This document shows positions 46,815-55,428 of a stretch of DNA of 64,000 nt, piece by piece. Within the stretch, counting starts at the first letter, position 1. Each line of letters begins with the position of its first letter. The notes below the pieces were generated by a model. The model was given only the letters and a program-made list of their open reading frames with translations, made no database searches and had not been told where the DNA came from. Position numbers and translations under genes: made by a program. The stretch comes from Planctomycetota bacterium (lineage in GTDB: Bacteria > Planctomycetota > SZUA-567 > H5-PLA8). The stretch lies in contig BTVV01000004.1 of assembly GCA_045863855.1 (NCBI GenBank), positions 62,627 through 126,626 on the forward strand. Reading direction: 5' to 3'.

Positions 46815-47816
46815 ATGGCCCAACGAGTATCGTCCTCCGCGCAACAGTATCTCCCTTTCGAGGAGAGCCTGCGCGAGATCGAAGCCCGGATTCGCGACCT
46901 TACCGATTTCCAGAAGACCCACAAGGTCGACATGCTGCTGGAGATCGAGAGCGCCAACGTCAAGCGCGATAAGCTTTTGGAACAGATCTACGCAAACCTG
47001 ACAAGCTGGCAGCGCATCCAGGTCGCGCGGCATCAGAACCGCCCGCAGACGATGGATTACATCGAACGGCTTTGTTCCGACTTCGTCGAACTGCACGGCG
47101 ACCGCGCTTTCGGCGACGACCGCGCGATCGTGACTGGCTTCGCGACCATCGGTTCGAAAAAAGTCATGCTGATCGGACAGCACAAGGGCCGCGACGTCTA
47201 CGAACGCAGCGCGTGCAACTTCGGCAGCCCGCAACCCGAAGGATACCGCAAAGCGCTCTGGAAGATGCGCCTGGCCGAGAAATACCGCATTCCCATCGTC
47301 TGCCTGATCGACACCAAGGGGGCCGCGCCGGCCGTCGAAGCCGAGGAACGCGGACAATCGCAGGCCATTGCCTACAACCTGATGATCATGTCGGGCCTCA
47401 AGGTACCGATCGTCTGCGCCGTGATCGGCGAAGGCGGAAGCGGCGGAGCGCTGGGGATCGGCGTAGGCGACCGGATGCTGATTCAGGAGTACGCCTACTT
47501 CAGCGTCATCTCGCCCGAAGGCTGTGCCTCGATCATCTGGAAGGACGCGAGCAAGAAAGAAGAAGCCGCCGCCGCGCTGAAAATTACCGCTCCCGAATTG
47601 AAAGCGCTGGGGATCATGGACGAGATCGTCCCCGAACCGTTGGGCGGCGCGCACCGCGAACGGGAACGTGCCGCCGAACTGCTCAAGCACGCAATCCTGC
47701 AAAATCTAAGCGACCTGGAGCGCCTGCCGCTCGACGAACTGCTCGAACGGCGCTATCGCAAAATCCGCTCCTACGGCAAGTACCGCGAAGAGGTTCTCGA
47801 AGCCGTCGGCGCGTAG
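46815..47816 (+). CDS. accA: Acetyl-CoA carboxylase carboxyltransferase alpha subunit
   Basis: YLPFE, WQRIQVARH..RP, ELHGDRAFGDD, PEGYRKA, AEERGQ, GEGGSGGAL, SVISPEGCASIIW. Confidence 0.97.
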   Translation: MAQRVSSSAQQYLPFEESLREIEARIRDLTDFQKTHKVDMLLEIESANVKRDKLLEQIYANLTSWQRIQVARHQNRPQTMDYIERLCSDFVELHGDRAFGDDRAIVTGFATIGSKKVMLIGQHKGRDVYERSACNFGSPQPEGYRKALWKMRLAEKYRIPIVCLIDTKGAAPAVEAEERGQSQAIAYNLMIMSGLKVPIVCAVIGEGGSGGALGIGVGDRMLIQEYAYFSVISPEGCASIIWKDASKKEEAAAALKITAPELKALGIMDEIVPEPLGGAHRERERAAELLKHAILQNLSDLERLPLDELLERRYRKIRSYGKYREEVLEAVGA

Positions 47817-47825
47817 TCCGGTGTT

Positions 47826-47969
47826 TTTCCCCGCAGAGTTCACGGAGCACGGCGATGCGGGACTTGCACGCTCCCGCGATCTCCGCCTGGCGAGTCGATG
47901 GCGCCTACGCGAATCCGTTGAACGCAGTTGAGCCGTTCTCGGTGGTCTTTTGTGAACTCTGTGGCGAAA
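47826..47969. repeat. Empty copy of the inverted-repeat element between convergent genes
   Basis: Left arm TTTCCCCGCAGAGTTCACGGAG; right arm TGTGAACTCTGTGGCGAAA (reverse complement TTTCGCCACAGAGTTCACA). Same CACAGAG/CACGGAG 9-nt-periodic core as 26375/27013. Confidence 0.72.
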
Positions 47970-47992
47970 GCCGTTGCCCGCCGCAGCAGGGG

Positions 47993-48997
47993 TTACTCGA
48001 ACTTGTCCACGTCGACGTGCGGCCAGAGTTCCTTGACATGGTCGGCGAGCTTTTCGTTGGTCGGACCGTAGCCCTTCGAATACATGAACGATTCGAGGCG
48101 GTCGCCGAACTCGCGGGCGCTTTGCCAGCGCTGATCCGGATCCTTCTCCAACGCCTTCATATTGATCTCGACCAGTTCGTCGGGCAGATCGGGGACGATC
48201 TTGCGCGGATCTTTGATCTTGTACTTGGTCATCTGCTCGATCAGCGTGCGGCGCGTGCGTGGCGTATAGACCCGGGTGCCGGTGAGTTGCTCGTAAAGCA
48301 CCAAGCCCAGCGCAAAAATGTCGGTGCGCGCGTCGGTGGTGCGCGCGGCGGCCTGCTCCGGCGCCATATACGGATACTTGCCCATGATCACGCGCTTCTC
48401 GTCAGGCTTGGGCATCTTGAGCGCCTTGGCGATGCCGAAGTCCGTCAGCTTCACCGCGCCGCGGAAATCGATCATCACGTTGGACGGCGTCACGTCGCGA
48501 TGCACTATATTCAGCGGTTTCCCGAAGCGGTCGCGCTTGGTGTGCGCGTAATGCAATCCGCGCGCCACGCGGCTGATGATGAACGCCGATATGTCGGTGG
48601 GCGGAAGGCGGTCGATCCGGAGAAAGTGCGCGAGGTACTCGGAAAGCGTCTTGGCGTGCAGGTACTCCATGACGATGAAGTAGCGGCCTTTGTACATCCC
48701 CAGATTATGGACCTGCGCGATGTTGGTATGCACGAGGTCGGCCGTGAGGCGCGCTTCGTCGAGGAACATCTGCAGCGCCATGCCGTCTTGCAGACGGTCG
48801 GACTTGATCACCTTTAGCGCAACGGTCTTGGTAAACCCAGCGTCGCCGAGCTGTTCGCCCAGATATACGCTGCCCATGCCGCCGTCGGCGATCTTGCGGA
48901 TCACCCGGCAACGCGTGCGGTATTCGAACTCGCGGGTCGCTTCTGATTTCGGTGATTCCGTCTGCGGCGAACTCAACGGGGCCATCCTCGGGTCCAT
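47993..48997 (-). CDS. Ser/Thr protein kinase (kinase domain only)
   Basis: GGMGSVY, VALK, HRDVTPSN, DFGIAK, YMAPEQ, DIFALG; no TM or sensor domain. Confidence 0.95.
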   Translation of the reverse strand: MDPRMAPLSSPQTESPKSEATREFEYRTRCRVIRKIADGGMGSVYLGEQLGDAGFTKTVALKVIKSDRLQDGMALQMFLDEARLTADLVHTNIAQVHNLGMYKGRYFIVMEYLHAKTLSEYLAHFLRIDRLPPTDISAFIISRVARGLHYAHTKRDRFGKPLNIVHRDVTPSNVMIDFRGAVKLTDFGIAKALKMPKPDEKRVIMGKYPYMAPEQAAARTTDARTDIFALGLVLYEQLTGTRVYTPRTRRTLIEQMTKYKIKDPRKIVPDLPDELVEINMKALEKDPDQRWQSAREFGDRLESFMYSKGYGPTNEKLADHVKELWPHVDVDKFE

Positions 48998-49200
48998 AAT
49001 GGGTCCAGCCCCTTATTGTCCTGCCGTATCTCGCAACGTCCAGAGTCTTTCGCTGCCAATACTGGATCGGCGATCCGAATAGCTCCCTATATGGAATACC
49101 GGACAAGCGTCCATTCGGGAGACCTTGCTGGCAACATTCTGGATTTTTCCTCCGCCGCCCGGGAGGCTGAATACGCGTGTAAGGTAACTCAGAGCGTCTC

Positions 49201-50466
49201 ATGACCGAACTTGAACACCCAACCTGGATCTCCGAACGGTTGGACCGTTGGCGGTCCAACCAGGATGCCGTGGCCTTGGGCGAACTGCTGAAATGGCAGC
49301 GCGACCGAGCTTACGCCACCTCCGCCCGATTGCTCGGCGACGGGCCGGACGCCGAGGACGCCGTTCAGCAAGCGTTCCTGAAGCTGCTTTCACGTCGGCA
49401 GGGATTCGAACACGCGCGCGCATTCCAGGCTTCCGTGTACCGAGCGGTGGTGCAGTGTGCCTTGGATCTGGCCCGCGCGCGCCAAACCAGAAGCCAACGG
49501 GAGGCGGACATGCGAAACGTCATGCAGCACGCAGGCGCTACTCCCGCGGCGCTGGCCGAGCAAGCCGAGTTGCAGCTGCTGCTGCGCGAAGCCTTCGGAA
49601 ATCTGGATCCTCAGCAACAGGCCCTCGTCACGCTCTGCTGCCAGGAAGGCCTGACCTTGGCCGACGCCGCGGCGGTGCTCGAAATGCCGCGTGAAACCGC
49701 ACGCGACCGCTTTGCGCGCGCACTGAACGATTTGCACGGCTTCCTGCGCAAACGCGGCGTGGCACTCTCGCTGCTGCTGCTCGCGGGCCTATTTCAGTCA
49801 ACCTCCGTATTGGCCGCGCCGAGCGCCCTGTGCGCGGCCCTCGATGCGTCCCTTCCGGGCCGGCCGTGCTCAGAGGTCGCCGCCGCCGCCCAAGCCCCCG
49901 CACATGCGGCGCGCGTGCTTACGGAGGCAGGGCTTTCCGGCAGCGCGTGGGGACTCCAGATGGCCGCGGTGGCGCTTGTGCTCGTTTGCGGCGGCCTTGC
50001 GGCCGGCTTGCTCTGGAACGATCCGCCAAAGGAGCACGGACAAGCGTATGTGGCTTCCGTGGCGACGGTCGATAAAGAAGGCGCTCAACCTGATCCTGCC
50101 GGGCAGCCCGAGGTCAATCCTTTAGCGACGGCCAAGAAATCGGCTCAGCCTGCCGCTGAAGCGCCCGATGCGCCGGCGCCCGGCCCGCAAGCCGAAGTGC
50201 GCGCCCAGCCCGGCGACGGACTCCCGCTGGGTATCGAAGCCGCTGCCGTCCAGGCGCTCGAGGGATTTGTGTTGGAGCGCTTCGAACGGGAAGTACGTGC
50301 GGGAGGCGTGCGGTACGAACTGGAAGGTACGGCCCGCGGCAAACGCTACGAGATCGTCGTCTCGGCCGAAGCCAAAGTGTTGAAGATCGAAGAAGAAGAC
50401 CAGGACGAAGACGACGACGAGAAGAGCCCAGCCAAGCCGCCGCCGGCGCCTCCAGACGAGTTTTAG
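49201..50466 (+). CDS. ECF sigma factor fused to a TM helix and a PepSY-like domain
   Basis: Sigma2 DAEDAVQQAFL, sigma4 EGLTLADAAAVL...RDRFARA, TM segment, Pro/Ala linker, C-terminal RYELEG...RYEIVVSAEAKVL. Confidence 0.88.
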   Translation: MTELEHPTWISERLDRWRSNQDAVALGELLKWQRDRAYATSARLLGDGPDAEDAVQQAFLKLLSRRQGFEHARAFQASVYRAVVQCALDLARARQTRSQREADMRNVMQHAGATPAALAEQAELQLLLREAFGNLDPQQQALVTLCCQEGLTLADAAAVLEMPRETARDRFARALNDLHGFLRKRGVALSLLLLAGLFQSTSVLAAPSALCAALDASLPGRPCSEVAAAAQAPAHAARVLTEAGLSGSAWGLQMAAVALVLVCGGLAAGLLWNDPPKEHGQAYVASVATVDKEGAQPDPAGQPEVNPLATAKKSAQPAAEAPDAPAPGPQAEVRAQPGDGLPLGIEAAAVQALEGFVLERFEREVRAGGVRYELEGTARGKRYEIVVSAEAKVLKIEEEDQDEDDDEKSPAKPPPAPPDEF

Positions 50467-50518
50467 TGTGAAGTGCGTTTCCCAACCATGCCGCGATAGA
50501 CGCGGAAAGGAGCATGCC

Positions 50519-50872
50519 ATGAAGCACACGTACTGGAGCCTGTTGGCGGGCCTGGCCCTGATGATGGGTCTTACGTCGTCAGGCTTGCGTGCCGAAGAAG
50601 AGAACGACGACGAGAAGGAAGAAAAGATCGAACTGAAGGATGTGCCGGAAGCCGTCCTGAAGGCCGCTCAAGCAGCGGTGAAAGACATCGTCTTCTCCAA
50701 AGCCGAAAAGGAGACCAAGGGCGAAAAGGTTACTTACGAACTGAAAGGCAAAGCCGGCGAGAAGACGTACGAAGTGGAAGTCAGCGCCGAAGGCAAGGTG
50801 CTTGAGGTGGAGGAAGAGGACGACGACGACAAAGACGACGACGACAAAGCAGAGAAATCCGGGAACAAGTAG
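50519..50872 (+). CDS. Secreted PepSY-like domain protein
   Basis: AAGGAG SD; signal peptide; DVPEAV..A...EKE...TYEL...YEVEVSAEGKVL. Confidence 0.85.
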   Translation: MKHTYWSLLAGLALMMGLTSSGLRAEEENDDEKEEKIELKDVPEAVLKAAQAAVKDIVFSKAEKETKGEKVTYELKGKAGEKTYEVEVSAEGKVLEVEEEDDDDKDDDDKAEKSGNK

Positions 50873-50883
50873 CTCAGCTCTCT

Positions 50884-50926
50884 CCGCGCTTGTCCGTTCG
50901 ATCGAGCGGCAAGCGCGGCTTTTATT
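50884..50926 (+). terminator. Rho-independent terminator
   Basis: CCGCGCTTG...CAAGCGCGG stem followed by CTTTTATT. Confidence 0.7.
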
Positions 50927-51847
50927 CTACGCGCCCACCGGGTGGCCTTTTTTGGCTTCCAGGAAGCTGCTGAGGTCGGCCTCGCTGACGCTCGGCTCCC
51001 CGGGGCTCAGGTTGTCCAGCTTGCCGTCCTTGATCCACGCTTCCAGCCGGGCCACTTCGTCGTACAGGTGCTCGAAACCGTCCACGATGTACACCAACGG
51101 CTGGTAATGATGGATCTCGAAGTACTGATTCACGACCCACTCGAGCTGGAACGGGTAACGCTGAACCTCGGGCGATTCCAGTACGTGGGCGATCTCGCCA
51201 TAGCTGCTCAACAGTCCGCTCCCGTACACGCGTACGCCTTGGGGCGTATTCATCAGACCGAATTCGACGGTGAACCAGAAGAAGCGCGCCATGCCCTTCA
51301 AGATGCTGTCGAGCCGGCGCATCCGCTCGTGCTCGTCCTTGATCCCCTGCGCCATATCAGCCACCAGTTCGGCGACTTCGCCGAAACGCACCAGCACATC
51401 GGCGAAACGCCGGTCGGTGTGCATCGGGACGTGCCCGGCGACGTCATGAAAGATGTCGGGCTCGGGCAGGTAGTCCAGCGAGTCCCCCGCGCGGATGGTG
51501 ATGGTGGTGGGAAACTCGCGGTTCTTCAGGCATTCGAAAAAGAGGTACGCCGGCACATAGCCGCTTACGGCCTTCGCGCGGAAATTGCTTAACGGCTGAA
51601 GGAACTTGTTGATGTCGTCGAGGTGCGGGACATTGTGCGGATCGAGCGCGAGGTTCTGCACGCCTTCCATGAACTTCGGATGCGCGAACTTCTCCCAGCG
51701 CGGGCGAATGCGCGCGTAGAGCCGCCGCCAGGTCTCCTGGTTCTCCTCGCTGTACAATTCGTACGGCTGGCGAATATAGATCACCCCGCGCCCGCGGACT
51801 TCTTCGATGAACGGGGCCTGCGTAGTGGTCAGTCCGATGGCGGTCAT
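50927..51847 (-). CDS. phhA: Phenylalanine 4-monooxygenase
   Basis: DYLPEPDIFHDVAGHVP, WFTVEFGL, YGSGLLSSYGE, YQP (His-His-Glu iron site). Confidence 0.95.
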   Translation of the reverse strand: MTAIGLTTTQAPFIEEVRGRGVIYIRQPYELYSEENQETWRRLYARIRPRWEKFAHPKFMEGVQNLALDPHNVPHLDDINKFLQPLSNFRAKAVSGYVPAYLFFECLKNREFPTTITIRAGDSLDYLPEPDIFHDVAGHVPMHTDRRFADVLVRFGEVAELVADMAQGIKDEHERMRRLDSILKGMARFFWFTVEFGLMNTPQGVRVYGSGLLSSYGEIAHVLESPEVQRYPFQLEWVVNQYFEIHHYQPLVYIVDGFEHLYDEVARLEAWIKDGKLDNLSPGEPSVSEADLSSFLEAKKGHPVGA

Positions 51848-51926
51848 GGCAGACCTCCGGGCCGGCTATCCGACAACCGTATTGTACGCGCTGGCGGGGC
51901 CGCGGAGCAACCGGCTGCCCGGTCGC

Positions 51927-52547
51927 TCACGCGTCTGGCTTGGGCGGCCGAGTAAGGTCGAAGCGTTCCCGCGTTCGCGCGTAGCCTTCGCCTCCCATGC
52001 GACCGATCGTGTCGAGCTTCGCCGGATCGATCCGGCCTTCCGCGTCCAGCACCGTCTCGGCTACATGCAGCAACTCGATCCTGCCAATCACCACGTTTCC
52101 GGCGCTCGGACCTGCACCTACGCGCACGATTTCCAGTACTCGGCACTCATATGCCACCGGCGCCTCGGCCACACGCGGCGTCGTAATCTTCGTGGAAGGC
52201 GCGGGCGTCAACCCGCAACGCTCGAACTCGCTCACCTCGTATTCGTATTCCGCACTCGTCGCGTTCATGCGCTCGGCCAGCGCGAAATTGACCACGTTGA
52301 CCACGAACTCCCCGCGCGCCTCGGCGTTCCGCAGCGAATCCTTTTTCGAACCGTCACGCTTGTTCGACGGACAGAAGAGCAACGCCGGGGGGTTGCTGGT
52401 TATGCCGTTGAAGAAGCTGAACGGCGCGAGATTCGTAACGCCACCCGGAGAAAGGGTGCTGACCCACGCAATCGGGCGCGGATTGATCGAAGCGATCATG
52501 TACGGATAAAATTTATGAGGCGGCATGGCGGCGGGATCGAGCAGCAT
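51927..52547 (-). CDS. Flavin reductase family protein
   Basis: PRPIAWVST, NLAPFSFFN, KDSLRN, EFVVNVV, IGRMGG..Y. Confidence 0.92.
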   Translation of the reverse strand: MLLDPAAMPPHKFYPYMIASINPRPIAWVSTLSPGGVTNLAPFSFFNGITSNPPALLFCPSNKRDGSKKDSLRNAEARGEFVVNVVNFALAERMNATSAEYEYEVSEFERCGLTPAPSTKITTPRVAEAPVAYECRVLEIVRVGAGPSAGNVVIGRIELLHVAETVLDAEGRIDPAKLDTIGRMGGEGYARTRERFDLTRPPKPDA

Positions 52548-52590
52548 GAGTCGAAAACCTTGGCGCGCAACTTGCGGCGCTTGAAATGAA

Positions 52591-53766
52591 TCAGCCCAGC
52601 CAACTGAACGGATACGCCGCGTCTTCCATACCCAGCGCCTGCGGCGTCACATGCAGCGCACGCTCGGTGTCGAACATCACGGCCAGTTCGTCGGTCCGTT
52701 CGGCGGCCATGCTGGCCAGGATCGTCCCGGGGTGCGGCCCATGCGGAATGCCGCGCGGGTGCAGCGTCAGCGAATACTGCTCGATCCCCTTGCGCGAACC
52801 GAAATGCCCGCGCACGTAAAAGAGCACCTCGTCGGCTTCGACGTTGCTGTGCGCGTATGGAACTTTGATCGCCTCGGGGTGGTGATCCAAAAACCGCGGC
52901 GTAAACGTGCAGACCACGAATCCGGGAATCTCGAACGTCTGATGCACCGGAGGCGGCTGGTGCACCGTCCCGGTGATCGGCTCAAAGTCGTCCACGTTGA
53001 AGGTATACGGATACAGAAAGCCGTCCCAGCCCGCGACGTCGAACGGATGATGCGCCATGGTGTAGCGCGTCAGGCGCGAGCCGTCTTTGACCAGCACCGG
53101 CGTCTCGCGCTCCTGGTCCAGCGTGAGCAATTCCGCGGGCCCGTGAAAATCGCGCTCGGCGTACGGCGCTCCCATCTTGAGCTGACCATCGGGATTCAGG
53201 TAGCGCGCGGGTAGACGCACATCACCGGTGCACTCGAGAATCAAATAATCTTCGCGCCGGGGATCGTCGGGAATCAGGCGGTAGGTGACCGTGCGCGGGA
53301 CCACGATGTAATCGCCCGCGCGGTAAGGCTGGCGTCCGAAGACGCTCTCGAACTGCCCGCCGCCTTCGGCGACGAAGATGATCTCGTCGGCGGTAGCGTT
53401 GCGGAACAATTCGCTTTGCGCCTGAGCGGGACGGCAGCGGTAGTTGATCACATCGGCATTAAAGAAGAGGGGCACACGCCCGGAGACCGGATCGCCTTGC
53501 CGCGCCAGCGGCCCGGATTTGACGTGCACGTGCCGCAAGGGCAGGTCCGGCGCGGCCTCGACCCTCACCTGACCGGCGGGCTCCACCTTCGTGACGCGCG
53601 TCGGCGGCCGCAGGTGGTAGCAGATCGAATACGCACGGTCGAAGCCTACGGTGGTGATAACGTGCTCGTAGTGAAGCCCCTCGCCCTTATAAGAGGCGCT
53701 CTTCTCGCGGGGGAGCTTGATGTGCCGCTTGGAGGGCACGGCGCCGAGTTTCATGTAACGGGACAT
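52591..53766 (-). CDS. hmgA: Homogentisate 1,2-dioxygenase
   Basis: HPFDVAGWDG, HQPPPVHQTF, PYAHSNVEADEV, LHPRGIPHGP, ELAVMFDT. Confidence 0.95.
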   Translation of the reverse strand: MSRYMKLGAVPSKRHIKLPREKSASYKGEGLHYEHVITTVGFDRAYSICYHLRPPTRVTKVEPAGQVRVEAAPDLPLRHVHVKSGPLARQGDPVSGRVPLFFNADVINYRCRPAQAQSELFRNATADEIIFVAEGGGQFESVFGRQPYRAGDYIVVPRTVTYRLIPDDPRREDYLILECTGDVRLPARYLNPDGQLKMGAPYAERDFHGPAELLTLDQERETPVLVKDGSRLTRYTMAHHPFDVAGWDGFLYPYTFNVDDFEPITGTVHQPPPVHQTFEIPGFVVCTFTPRFLDHHPEAIKVPYAHSNVEADEVLFYVRGHFGSRKGIEQYSLTLHPRGIPHGPHPGTILASMAAERTDELAVMFDTERALHVTPQALGMEDAAYPFSWLG

Positions 53767-53789
53767 CGAGTACCTCGACTTGGGACGGG

Positions 53790-53902
53790 GGATTCCGGAT
53801 ATTGGATAGTCGGAAATGCGTCGGGCTCTTGAACCAAGATCACACTCCTCAAGTTCGATCTTTCGCAGTCCAATCCGAATTCGAAAATTGAAAATCCAAA
53901 AT
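53790..53902. repeat. Imperfect inverted arrays of 7-nt repeats between hppD and hmgA
   Basis: Left TCCGGAT-ATTGGAT-AGTCGGA; right TCCGAAT-TCGAAAA-TTGAAAA-TCCAAAA. Confidence 0.55.
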
Positions 53903-53904
53903 GA

Positions 53905-55029
53905 TTACAGCGTGCCTCGTTTCGCTTGTTCACGCTCGATGGCTTCGAAGAGCGCACGGAAATTGCCTTCCCCGAAGCCCGCGCTGTTACCGCGGCGCTG
54001 GATGATCTCGTGGAACAACGTCGGCCGGTCGAAGACCGGCTGCGTGAAAATCTGAAGCAGGTAGCCATCGGGGCGGTCGCGGTCCACCAGCACGCCCAAG
54101 TCTCGCAGCGTCTGCTTGTCTTCCTTGATCTCCCCCACGCGCTCGTCGAAATGCTCGTCGTAGTAGGTGTCCGGCACCTCCAGGAACTCGACGCCCGATT
54201 CACGCATCGCGCGTGTCGTGGCGATCACATTCGGCGTCAGGAGCGCGATATGCTGCACGCCGGGCCCCTTGAACTCGTCGAGGAACTCCTGGATCTGCGA
54301 ATTCTTGGAAGACGGCTCGTTGATCGGCAGCTTCACGTACCCGTCCTCGTCGGTCATCACCTTGCTCATCAGCGCGCTGCGACCGGTGTTGATGTCGAAA
54401 TGCGCGAGCTGGTCGAAGCCGAAGATGTCGCGGTAGTAGGCGCACCACTCTTCCATGTGCTCCACGTTGGCGACGATATGGTCGATCATCGCGAAGTGGA
54501 TCTCGCCGTCCTCGGCGCCGCCGGCGATGTTCACGTAGCCGGGCGCGAACGTCGCGTGCTTCTTGCGCTGAATGAAGCTGTGCACCACGTCGCCGTACGC
54601 GGCGATCGTCCCGCCGATGAAAATCTCGTGCTCGTCCAGCGGGCGGACGATCTTCGCGCCTTTGCTCGACGCCGCTTGCAGCGCCTGCTCGGTGTTATGC
54701 ACGCGGAACGCGACGTCCTTCACGCCGTTCCCGTGCTTGCCCACGAATGCTCGGATCGCGTCGGCCTCCGGGCCCGTTCCTTCGGCCTGCGCGAACAGAA
54801 AGGTCACCCGACCCTGGCCCACCACAAAGGCCTTGCGCCCTTTCAGACCCGATTGGGTGTCGCCGTAGCCGCGGTGGTACATCCCGTAATGCTGGATGTA
54901 ATAGTTCGCCCAGCGCTCGGCGTCGTCGACCAGGAATTCGATATGATCGACACCCCGCAGCCCCAGCGGGTTATGCAGCGTCGCGGCGGGCGCGGCGCCG
55001 GCGGATCGAACGGTCGGAGCGTTACTCAT
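53905..55029 (-). CDS. hppD: 4-hydroxyphenylpyruvate dioxygenase
   Basis: DHIEF, HGNGVKDVAF, IDHIVANV, SQIQEFL..GPGVQHIAL, LLQIFT, EIIQR..GFGEGNFRALFEAIEREQ. Confidence 0.97.
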   Translation of the reverse strand: MSNAPTVRSAGAAPAATLHNPLGLRGVDHIEFLVDDAERWANYYIQHYGMYHRGYGDTQSGLKGRKAFVVGQGRVTFLFAQAEGTGPEADAIRAFVGKHGNGVKDVAFRVHNTEQALQAASSKGAKIVRPLDEHEIFIGGTIAAYGDVVHSFIQRKKHATFAPGYVNIAGGAEDGEIHFAMIDHIVANVEHMEEWCAYYRDIFGFDQLAHFDINTGRSALMSKVMTDEDGYVKLPINEPSSKNSQIQEFLDEFKGPGVQHIALLTPNVIATTRAMRESGVEFLEVPDTYYDEHFDERVGEIKEDKQTLRDLGVLVDRDRPDGYLLQIFTQPVFDRPTLFHEIIQRRGNSAGFGEGNFRALFEAIEREQAKRGTL

Positions 55030-55078
55030 GGGGGTATCCTCGCGTGCATCGGCTTCGAAGCGGCAGCCCTGCACAGGC

Positions 55079-55108
55079 ATCGTAGCGCGCGCGAAGCGCC
55101 AGCGTCAA
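55079..55108 (-). promoter_or_regulatory. Candidate sigma70 promoter for the hppD operon
   Basis: TTGACG-N18-TACGAT on the minus strand, about 50 nt upstream of the ATG. Confidence 0.5.
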
Positions 55109-55112
55109 GCCT

Positions 55113-55250
55113 GCGGGAACGCCTAAGCGGTCACCCAAACAGTGCTAACCCCTACATCCGCTAGGTGGTTAACATCGTGAGTGCACGTACTATGAGGCCG
55201 CATGCCGCCCGCGCCCGATAACTCGAAAGCCGGGACTCGCTTTGCGCCCA
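55113..55250 (-). ncRNA. Candidate structured non-coding RNA (family not recognised)
   Basis: Nested helices GCGGG/CCCGC, GCGG/CCGC, UAGU/ACUG, CGUG/CACG, UGUUAACC/GGUUAGCA and CCUA/UAGG, plus a UUCG hairpin; G-U pairs favour the minus strand. Confidence 0.45.
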
Positions 55251-55428
55251 ATTTGAAGCTCGGAGCATTTTCTTTCCTTTTCTTTACGCCCGAATCGTCC
55301 CTCCAAGGCAGCAAGCCGGAGCTTTGAACACTCCAACTTGCAGGGGGCCGCGAGCCGGGGAAGTTCGCGCCAGATGCGCCCTTCCGATACGTTACTTTGT
55401 ACAGGTTACGCCTCCACGGAGTTCCCGC

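Noticed and set aside
55113..55250. Assignment as 6S RNA, c-di-GMP riboswitch or IS110 bridge RNA
   Set aside because: Only fragmentary resemblance; diagnostic motifs are absent and no transposase is nearby, so left unassigned.
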